A stretch of 62,597 nucleotides of DNA, filler included, from Octopus bimaculoides (Eukaryota), in NCBI RefSeq assembly GCF_001194135.2. It is 5 parts of 4 records of this genome, joined end to end, with 100 filler letters (N's around TTAATTAATTAA, not from the genome) between each part and the next. Parts side by side here need not be neighbours in the genome. Positions count along the whole stretch, not along the records: positions 46,654 to 56,454 come from NC_069003.1; positions 56,555 to 62,597 come from NC_068991.1; 3 more parts are not named here. One strand, 5' to 3'. The translations under genes and the position numbers were made by a program. Under the pieces are notes generated by a model. It was given only the letters and a program-made list of their open reading frames with translations. It made no database searches and had not been told where the DNA came from. This document shows positions 52,560 through 62,597 of this stretch, piece after piece (position 1 is the stretch's first letter; each line of letters starts with the position of its first letter).

Positions 52560-53014
52560 CTCTCGCTTTACAGATGTATATGCGCGCGCGAGAGATTGTG
52601 TGTGCGTGTGTGTGTGTGTGTGTGTATGTGTGAGTATGAATGAAGGGGGTAGATATGTAGGTAAACAGAATGAGTTGATCTCACCACGTGTGTGTGAGTG
52701 CGCCGCGAGTGTATGTGTGTGTGTGTGTGTGTGAATATATGAGTATATATATATATGTTTGTGTGTGTGTGTGTGTGTGTATACTGGGTAAAAATCTGTG
52801 ATTGTATATGGCTCTTTCTATAAACAGATGTGTGTGTGTGTTTGTACTTATATTGTGTAAACTATAAACAAATGTGTGTAATCGAGAATTACTTGTTTAC
52901 CATTCGACTACGTGCGATGTCGACTTGCTTTTACCGTCTTTACCAATACGACATCGTATCCAGCGCACACGTTGTATGTATGTATGTATAATATATGTAT
53001 GTATGTATAATATA

Positions 53015-53060
<46 letters not shown>

Positions 53061-53699
53061 CTTTTATTTGTTTCAGTGNNNNNNNNNNNNNNNNNNNNNN
53101 NNNNNNNNNNNNNNNNNNNNNNNNNNNNNNNNNNNNNNNNNNNNNNNNNNNNNNNNNNNNNNNNNNNNNNNNNNNNNNNNNNNNNNNNNNNNNNNNNNNN
53201 NNNNNNNNNNNNNNNNNNNNNNNNNNNNNNNNNNNNNNNNNNNNNNNNNNNNNNNNNNNNNNNNNNNNNNNNNNNNNNNNNNNNNNNNNNNNNNNNNNNN
53301 NNNNNNNNNNNNNNNNNNNNNNNNNNNNNNNNNNNNNNNNNNNNNNNNNNNNNNNNNNNNNNNNNNNNNNNNNNNNNNNNNNNNNNNNNNNNNNNNNNNN
53401 NNNNNNNNNNNNNNNNNNNNNNNNNNNNNNNNNNNNNNNNNNNNNNNNNNNNNNNNNNNNNNNNNNNNNNNNNNNNNNNNNNNNNNNNNNNNNNNNNNNN
53501 NNNNNNNNNNNNNNNNNNNNNNNNNNNNNNNNNNNNNNNNNNNNNNNNNNNNNNNNNNNNNNNNNNNNNNNNNNNNNNNNNNNNNNNNNNNNNNNNNNNN
53601 NNNNNNNNNNNNNNNNNNNNNNNACAGAGAGTAGCTACGGGCTGGACAAAAACATTAATGAGATGAAATGGATGATAAATATGCTGGTATAATGAGAGA

Positions 53700-54420
53700 A
53701 GGCAGAAGCCGCCCGCCGAACTTTGCTTCTCTATAATACTGTTCTTTTTAAAATAAAATTTTCACATTGAAGCTATGAACCTCGTACATAAAAAGTCATA
53801 AATTAAGGCATTTGCCTCTTACGATTTTTCATTACACAATATGAGGCACTCGTCCTCTTAGGTTTTTTCGCCCGATATAGCCTTCGCGTCTCTCAAGCAA
53901 AACGATGGGTCTGGGTCGGGCCACTTTTCAATACTGAATTCGTCGAGGGGGAAGGAATTCACCACCGTACTTATGTGACTACCTGACACGACCTCCGCAG
54001 TCACCAGCGGAGGCCAGTCCGGATCCTTAGCACAGGTGAGGACTCCCTCTCTCCGACGTTTCCTTTTATTGACGAATTTCTGCAGGGCCCCTCCCTTTCG
54101 GAATAGGATTAGCCAATCCTTTTCCTCACAGGTGAGCCCACAGCTTCTACTGTCGTCGGCACAATTCCCGCCGACCTGCTTTCCTCCGTTGGTGGGAATT
54201 GTGCACTATCGAGCACCGGTCGTGCCTCGTTCTTTTTTTTTTCTTTTTCTTTGGGGCCACTGGAGTAGGGCGTACTTCCGCCTTTGCCGGAAGGTCCTCC
54301 TCCTCCCCCATGATTTTCGGTGGGCAACCATTGTTGCCCACCTTCTTCGAGTAACCTAGTGTAGGTCCGCAAAACCACCGTTCTTTCCCTGAAATCATTT
54401 AACTACTTCTTGGGTGGGAT
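53700..54420 (-). pseudogene. L1/Tx1-like LINE remnant: ORF1 end and endonuclease start
   Basis: GC-rich stop-interrupted frames followed by MTFYVRG (53779-53799), resembling the T.NVRG start of APE domains. Confidence 0.45.
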
Positions 54421-55000
54421 AATCTCCCACTCCACAGCAGTGGCCTTATTTTTCTTTATGTTCTCTGCCATGATAAAAATGTCCACATAAAAGAAGGAGA
54501 AAGGAAATACAACAGTTCAGAAAGAATAAATAAAATATAAAGTTCCAGGCAGAATAACAAATTTTCAGGCCACAACGGTACTCCGGCCCGATTTGATCCC
54601 GGCTCCGCTGCAGTCGTCACTTTGGTGGTAAAAATTAAATCCTTTGCGTATCCTGCCGCTTTCCTAAAAGACACTGAACACGTCCTCACGCATCACGTCT
54701 GTCCTTACGTTCTGAGTTCAAATTCTACCAAAGCCGACTCTGCCTTTTCATCTTTTCGGGTTGGTGAATTAAGTGCCAGTCGAGTACTAGGGTCGATGAA
54801 ATCGACCAGCACCTCTCCCAGAATTTCAGGCCTTGTGCCTATAGTAGAAAGGATTAGGAAAGTGTTGTGGAAGAATTCTGACCAACCCCACGTGACCAAA
54901 AGGGGACTGGCGCATTACAATAAAATAAAGAAACTGCGTGAACTGTCGGCAGTTGACAGCACTGATCGTTCGTATCGGATTACTGTGTTAGTTTAATATC

Positions 55001-55230
55001 TATTTCGTTATTGCCCACAAGGGGCTAAACATAGAAGGAACAAACAAGAACAGACGAACGGATTAAGTCGATTACATCGACCCCAGTGCGTAACTGGTAC
55101 TTAATTTATCGATCCCGAAAGGATGAAAGGCAAAGTCGACCTCGGCGGAATTTGAACTCAGAACGTAACGGCAGACGAAATACCGCTAAGCATTTCGCCC
55201 GACGTGCTAACCACTCTGCCAGCTCGCCGC
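55001..55230 (-). mobile_element. young full-length Nin/Deu-domain-type SINE with 17-18 bp TSD
   Basis: CTGTGTTAGTTTAATATC at 54983-55000 and 55231-55248. Other copies at about 760-900, 14310-14530, 15130-15300, 43430-43530, 49090-49262, 54670-54860 and 60090-60290. Confidence 0.9.
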
Positions 55231-55619
55231 CTGTGTTAGTTTAATATCGTACCTACGTTTGCGTGAACATATTAATTCTGCGAAAGGTTATTCGAGATAA
55301 ACATATGCAAATATTTATGTGGGTAATACCATTCCTACACCCTTGTGCACACCCCAAAATCGTCATAACGTTATTAGCGACGAGATATTCAAACGCCGAA
55401 GTGGAGGCGCAATGGCCCAGTGGTTAGGGCAGCGGACTCGCGGTCANNNNNNNNNNNNNNNNNNNNNNNNNNNNNNNNNNNNNNNNNNNNNNNNNNNNNN
55501 NNNNNNNNNNNNNNNNNNNNNNNNNNNNNNNNNNNNNNNNNNNNNNTATTATTATTATTCAGGAAACTGCCTGGAATTGAACTTGGAATCATTGGAACTT
55601 GGAATAAGAAGCCCGCGCT

Positions 55620-55770
55620 CTCAACCACCACGCCATATGCCTGATGAAGGCTGGAGGGTATATCAGTCGAAACGTTGTGTTAACAACAAACAAGATTAGG
55701 ACAAATATCCGTCAAATGTAAATAATGTAAATAATGTACATAATTCCTCATCTCTTAAACATAGAACTGT
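55620..55770 (+). mobile_element. Penelope-like terminal fragment with minimal hammerhead motif (55641-55676)
   Basis: CTGATGA-A-GGCTG..CAGTC-GAAACGTT; homologous to 14930-15065. Confidence 0.7.
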
Positions 55771-55941
55771 ATTAAATATGTGGATGTTCTTTGAAGAAAT
55801 TTGTGATGTCATGTTATTTGATAAACGATAGAAAAGATGTTGTTAAGACATGAATATCGGAGAAAAGGACCGTATATACTCAAAACACACACGTATTACG
55901 AACCAATGAGAACCTCCATGAAGTCGATCGATGCTCCAGAA

Positions 55942-56454
55942 CAGGGGTGGGGAAACTTTTCAGTGCGGTGAGCAGAAATTTCCCAAGAAAAACGTCCGCG
56001 AGCGGATCACAGGTTCCAACTCTTATATTTGTGTAAATCTTGTATATATCTATGTATAATTTGATATACATTAATAAAGATAAGTTTAACACATCAAATT
56101 AACGCGTAACATCTTTATTAACGCCGCTACTGAATTTAGGACGTTTATATTACGTATGAGGTATTCTATATTTTCAGCTAGAGTGTAGTTGGGTCTCAAG
56201 GGGGTGGTACAAACCTAGCAATATGTGTTTTATAGTGAAAACAAAATTTCCATTCAAGTGGCAATTACCGGACGATTTCTGAGCATTTTATCGTAGTGGA
56301 AACGCGACCTTTGTCGGAAATAAGTATACGAATATTGTATAAATTTTGATTGAAAAAATTTACTATATTTTGTACATATGACTATATCATCCTGCGGGCA
56401 CAATAAAACGGGCTCGCGGGCGCAATTGCTCCTGCGGGCGAGGTTTACCCCACC
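55942..56454 (+). mobile_element. hAT-type MITE of about 515 bp
   Basis: Left TIR CAGGGGTGGGGAAAC; right TIR GTTTACCCCACC cut by the gap; GCGGGC subterminal repeats. Confidence 0.85.
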
Positions 56455-56554
56455 NNNNNNNNNNNNNNNNNNNNNNNNNNNNNNNNNNNNNNNNNNNNTT
56501 AATTAATTAANNNNNNNNNNNNNNNNNNNNNNNNNNNNNNNNNNNNNNNNNNNN

Positions 56555-56616
<62 letters not shown>

Positions 56617-56639
56617 TATATGTACACATGCAACAGATA

Positions 56640-56804
56640 TACTACTTCTCTCTTTTCACATCCACTCTTACTCTTCCTCATTCTCTCTTATTTACACTCT
56701 ACTCACACTCTTCCTCTTTTAATTTGTATTCTATATTTGATACTCTTTACTTCTTTCACTCTCTCATTTCTTCTTTTTCTCCCTCTTTCTATATCTTTCC
56801 TAAG

Positions 56805-56835
<31 letters not shown>

Positions 56836-56873
56836 TTGTGTGTATCTATATGTCTATCTCTTTATATCTCTCC

Positions 56874-56907
<34 letters not shown>

Positions 56908-56953
56908 ATTTATATGTATATATAAATAGTGTGAGAAAAAGAGAAATAGAGAA

Positions 56954-56987
<34 letters not shown>

Positions 56988-57370
56988 AGAAGGGAGGAGA
57001 GAGAGAAGAAGAAGGGAGGAGAGAGAGAAGAAGAAGGGAGGAGAGAGAGAGGAAGGGAGAAAGAAGGAGAGAAATTCTCTATTTTGCTATCTTTTTCTGT
57101 ACCTCTTCCCAGTAAAATGGTAAACCGCTTCCTCTACTTTCTTCTCTCTTTTATTCTTTTCTCAGTTCTTTTCCTCCATATTCTTCCGTTTCTTACTCCA
57201 TCTTCCCTCTCTCTAAATGTTTCTCAGTCTCTTAACTATTTCATCTTTTCTATCTCTTACATCTCTCGTATCTTTTAGTTTTTCTCTAATATATTACCTT
57301 TTTTTCATCTTCCTCTTTCTCCTGGACTTTCCTCTTCTCTTTGTCTTTCTGTCGTTCTCTGTGTTTTATT
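56640..57370. repeat. polypyrimidine / polypurine / polypyrimidine low-complexity block
   Basis: Seen directly. Confidence 0.9.
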
Positions 57371-58009
57371 CTTTGTCTGTCTGTTTGTCTCTTTGTCTTG
57401 CATTTAAAAAGGTTAAACATTTATGTTTCCCACGCATTTTTGCGACAAATAGAGTCAATTGTTTGACCTTTCGTGATGAAGAGTGTCCATCAATGGGTGA
57501 TCAATCTATTGACTTTAAGGGATGCTGGAGAATAGGGACTGTGACATTTAAGATAAACCCCCACCACCAAAGAAAACACAAACAAACAAACAAACAAAAA
57601 GTAAACAAACAAAAACATGAACAAAATAAATGAAATAGCTACTACCACGAATCGAAACCCGTATCGATGTTTCACTGAGAGTTTACCACCGACTACAAAA
57701 CGTCCACCGTGTTTGAAAGTAGCTGATCATATATCGTATTTTGAGCCATGCATCATCCTTATATAATTTACATTTATTTTAAGTTTTTGAGAGGCTTGTA
57801 GCCTAGTAGTTAGTAAGGAGGAGCGTTTGACCTCATATCCATGAGGTCACAGGTTCAATTATCGGATCGGTTGGCGTGTTAGATCACAGAGCATGGCTTT
57901 TCATTTCGCCTTTAACTCCTGAAAGGTGAAATGTCTTGATATGCAGCAATACGGAAGTAGGAGTCTACAAACCCATGCCTTCCACTGTTGTTACATGGAT
58001 ATACATATG

Positions 58010-58011
58010 AG

Positions 58012-58082
<71 letters not shown>
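58010..58082. repeat. (TATC)n microsatellite
   Basis: Perfect tetranucleotide run. Confidence 0.95.
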
Positions 58083-61000
58083 ATGTGCGGTATGAAGTTT
58101 TCTTCCCAACCACATTGTTTCAGGTTCATACCACTACGTGTTATCTTGGGAAAGTATCTTCTACTATGGATCCGGGCCAACCAAAGCCCATCTCTATGTG
58201 TGCTTGCATTTGTCCCCACAACTACTTAACAACTGGCGTTGGTTTGTTTACGTTCCCCGTAACATAATGGCAAAAGAGATCAGTAGGATAAGTGCCAGGC
58301 ATGAAAAAATATGTACTAGGGTCGATTTGTTCAACTAGACTCTTCGAAGTGGTGCTCCAGCATCGTCGCAGTTCAATGACTGAAGCAATGACTGAAGATA
58401 TTAAAGAGACTATAAAATATGTGGAGGACTTCCAACTCGAAAAGGCAACTTGCTTCTATAAAATCTCTTCGCGTCACTATCTTTCATTCACACTTAGGTC
58501 TATAGTTCTTGTTTAGCCCCAAGTCAGTCCTGACTGAGCAGATTTATGATAAAATGCGTTATAGTTATGATCATCTCGCCTTTCTGTACACCGAAGATTG
58601 CATTGTCAAATGTGTCCTATTTTTTGTAAAAACTGTAAGCTGTGATTTGAGGGGGATTTAGCTGTAACTTTTAGCATGCTGAACGATCATCAAGAGACTT
58701 CTTCGTTGATTCGCTTTGATGTTATGTTTCCAACAGGCACGAAGCAATGCAAACGAAATGCTTTCAATTGTGATGCGAAATCGTGCCGTTTAATTGGTAC
58801 ACGAAACAAAGTGCTACACTGAAGCCGTAAAGTGCTTTAGAACCATCCACTCTCATCTCTACACCACAGGGTTCACATCCCTATCATTATTCAGAGATCA
58901 ATAAAATGAGTCGATTCCATCAGCTATGTCGTTCGACCAAAATTTATGGCCTTGTAGCTAAGTCAGAAATGCTTCTCCGTGTTCTCATTATCTTTTTGTG
59001 ACAGTGGTGATTGGCAGAAACGGTCGAGTGGACTATTTAGTTGTGTCCATTTATGTCCGATTTCTAGTTGTTACTATTTCACTTAGTCTGCTAATGTTGT
59101 ATTATAAATAATAAATAAAACAAATCGACTTTGCCTTATTCTTATCTCGGTTGTTAAAATAATGGCAGTCAAGTACCAGCGTCAATTAAATTGTTCCTCC
59201 TAAATGTGTGGTGCTATGTCCTACATGAGAAATCGCTAATTCTCAAAAACGAACAGCGACTACAACAAAAACGCATATAAAAAAGGAAAACAAGCAATTC
59301 TAATCTTAAAAGTAACAAAAAAAAAACCCCCAAAAAACAACAAAAAAAATACGCCTTTCTATGAGCAGAGTCATTTTGTGACTTTCGCTAGAAGGAAACG
59401 TCTCTTGTCTTTGAGAAGATATTGTCAACTCATACGATGACTAATACAATGTAATTTGGAATTCAATGAAAGTTTGATTAATGCAAGATATTGGTTTAGT
59501 GATCAGTGACGTAAGTGAAGAATCTGGTAATATTACTCACCAATGAATAATGTTATATTCAAGACTTCCGTCCAACGTTAAACTCTCGGACTTGTAAACT
59601 TTCAGTACACGTTCAAATCCGCTCTGGTAAACTCGTATTATCAATACTCCTTTTAGTATTGAGGTAGTAAATTGACTGTTACTTGTGACTCTGAAGGGAG
59701 TATGACTTATTAGCTTGTGCCATGGATTTGCTAATTGTTATGTAGTCGCAAGCATAGGCGCATACACATGACCTTTGCATCCTTGACCCAACGGAACAGT
59801 TGGAGAGAGAAATCTGCATCAGTACAAACTAGTACTTGTTTGCAGCTGAATAGACTGATGGAACATGAAATAAAATATTTTCTTCAAGGACGCCACGCTC
59901 CGTTCGATCTAGAAATCGAATCCACGACCTTATGGTTGTGAGATCATCAACCTAACCGCAACCTTGGCTACATAAAGTATTTATGTAAATATAGTAACTA
60001 TAGCTTTTTACATATCCTTTTGAGGTTCTGTTTACGGTTTTTGTGAGGGGCTTCTCACTTCTAATACAATCTATCTCTTTAAGGCAAAGTCATTAACACG
60101 TCGGAGGCAATGCTTAGCGGCATTTCGTCCGTCTTAATGCTCTAAGTTGAAATCCCGCCCGCCGAAGTCGACTTTGCCATTCATTGTTTCGGGGCCGATA
60201 AAATAAATACGAGTTGAGTGATGAGGTCGATGTAATCTACTTTTCCCGCCCTCGAAATTGTTGGCCTTATGCAAAAATTTGAAATCAATATAAGCCATTT
60301 CTAATTTCATAAGGAGTCATGTGACATGTTCAATGTGGAAGTCGTCTAATTTATCTTTTGTGATTCCACTTTGTAGAAGTGCCTCTTTGTGAGGTGCCTC
60401 TTTGTGGAAGTGCCTCTTCTTTGATCAAGGACATGGCAGCGCGTGCGCATGTGTGTGTGTATGCATGTGAAGAATAAACGCACGCAGGAAATGAAAGAAA
60501 CGGAAAAATATACGTTAAAAAAAGGCGCTTTGTTCACATGACAGGCTTCTGGTAGAATGAAAGCTGCGGTGGTATATAACGACCGGAAGCGGAGGCATAA
60601 ACTGTGTCACAGTGAGGTTAAATGGTTAAAAAGCGATAGAGTGAGGGTGAGGGAAAATAACTAGGAAGAGTAAGAGAGAGGGTGGGAGAAAGTAAAAGTG
60701 AGGGGAAGGGAAAAATAATGAAGCGGGAGAGAAAAAAGGGAGACAACTAACGAGGGAGGAAAAGTGAGAGGAGTAGTGGGAAGCTCACGGTACTGGAGTT
60801 TGTGTATGCGCGTAGATATGTAGGATATATGTAGTGAAAAAAGAATGTGCTTCAGCACAATGTAATTTTGTGGAGAAATGTGTGGAGAAATGTTATGGAG
60901 AAATGTGTGAGGGGCAGCTGGTTGAGTGTATGTTTGAAAGTTTAGGGTGAGATGGTGTGTATGTTCATGTACGTGTGTATGTGTATATGCGTGCACTGAA

Positions 61001-61663
61001 GTGGGTAGTTATGCCATGTGCCACAGTAGTTTGTTGTGTTCAATCTATGTGCTTGTATCGATTCATAGGATAGTCTATAAGGCCTGTGAGATGGATATTT
61101 AAAAGTGTAGTGTTCTACGTTTGGGTGGATGGGAGTGGGTAGAATGTAGTGTGTAAGATGCTGTTACGTCATTGTGACGACAATATTCATATCTGCAGGC
61201 GGAGAACGCAAGGTGGAAGGTAACATGTCCTTTTTGGTAGCAAGAAGCAGGCGATACGTTACGTGAAATAACGTTATAGATAGAGAAATGGGAAATACTG
61301 CGTGCTCGTGAAGTGGGGCGCAAATTGTGATGTAGAGTTGTTTACGGCCGGTCCTCCAATAATAGGACGCTACAGAGCTGATATTTAAGGCAGTCAACAT
61401 TTTTAGTGGTGCAGGTGAAATAGCAAGTGACATGAAAATGAGTTGGTTGGGTTCAAGAAGCATATAGTAGGGTCCTGGATGTAAGGGCACGTAGTACACC
61501 TGGGTTTGAGAGCAGGAAAGAGATGTGGGTTAGGTTCCAAAAGGGTAAGAAGGGCTGCGAATTAAAACATTACACAAACTAGAGACCCGTTTGAAGCAAA
61601 CTAGCAACCCGTTTGAGTTGTTCGGTGAATATGATGGAGGCATATTTATGCATGTATACATCG

Positions 61664-61820
61664 TATGTATGTATGTATGTATGTATGTATGTATGTATGT
61701 ATGTATGTATGTATGTATGTACGTACGTACGTATGTATGTACGTACGTACGTATGTATGTATGTATGTATGTATGTATGTATGTATGTATGTATGTATGT
61801 ACGTCTCTCTCTCTCTCTAT
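61664..61820. repeat. (TATG)n with (TACG)n interruptions, then (CT)n
   Basis: Seen directly. Confidence 0.95.
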
Positions 61821-61969
61821 ATATATGTGTATGTGTGTGAGTATAAGCTTGCAAGAATTCATACATGTATATGCATATATATTTATACATTACATATATG
61901 TGCATTAATACTCACACACACGTAAACACACACACGCACACACACATACACACACACGGATATATACAA

Positions 61970-62012
<43 letters not shown>

Positions 62013-62597
62013 TGTTGTATGCACGTATATAGGTATAATATATTAATGTGCGTGTATTATGTATGAATACACATATATAATATATAAATATATATGCATA
62101 TACATGCATGAATTCCGACATGCTTATATACAAATACACTCACATCTCCATATATACAAAAACATAAAAACGCACACGCGCACGCACACATAGATGCGCA
62201 CACACATATATAGTCAGTATTCTAATATCTTTTACATTGGCAACTAGCGTTATTTCATATTATGTAAATATGTACGAGAACATATTTTCATTGCATTTCA
62301 CATCACGCATTATTCATATTTCCATTGCAGTTTCCATGGAATTCAATTCGTAGCTCGACAATATCTAATAGAAAAAAAAACAAAAAAAAAAACAAAAAAA
62401 ACAAAGAAAACATTACAAACATAATGTGAAGATGTGTAAAAGTTTTTGTGCGAAGTGTATTTAGAAAAGGGCTTATATGATTGTAGTAATTATATCGACA
62501 TTACAATATAGACGGAAGTTTAATTCTTTTTTTTTTCCATGGATCACAATATTTTGTTTTACTAACTTCCACTTTGGTTTTGTATCTCTTTACACAC

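Noticed and set aside
54622-54996. 124-aa ORF
   Set aside because: Reads through a Nin/Deu-type SINE copy.
56592-57278. 228-aa ORF with hydrophobic and charged blocks
   Set aside because: Produced by CT-rich and GA-rich low-complexity tracts.

Overview
AT-rich, microsatellite- and retroposon-dense eukaryotic DNA. The repeat families and style suggest a cephalopod draft assembly, probably Octopus; this is inference, not a database result. No long real ORF exists, and nearly all ORF-track entries are microsatellite, N-gap or SINE translations. Two spliced genes can be partly read by eye. (1) A minus-strand gene at about 27.26-27.6 kb has NRF1/ETS promoter motifs and a 27-codon mitochondrial-presequence-like first coding exon; its downstream exons were not identified. 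(2) A plus-strand PB1-domain gene at 35.0-45.9 kb is most like the autophagy receptor NBR1, with four phase-consistent exons. Splice signals hint at a third, minus-strand gene at 48.7-59.6 kb and at the 3' end of a plus-strand gene at 8.5 kb. The most striking non-genic signal is a set of about 13 hammerhead-ribozyme-like motifs (CUGANGA-stem II-GAAA). They fall into several sequence families, most with short palindromic stem III like the dimeric hammerheads of Penelope-like elements. One has a fully closed stem III, and two sit in a roughly 200-bp inverted repeat inside an NBR1-like intron. Also present are RTE and L1/Tx1-like LINE remnants, several SINE families, hAT and piggyBac-type MITEs, solo-LTR-like segments, a decayed Tc1-like fragment and four artificial 100-bp scaffold linkers.
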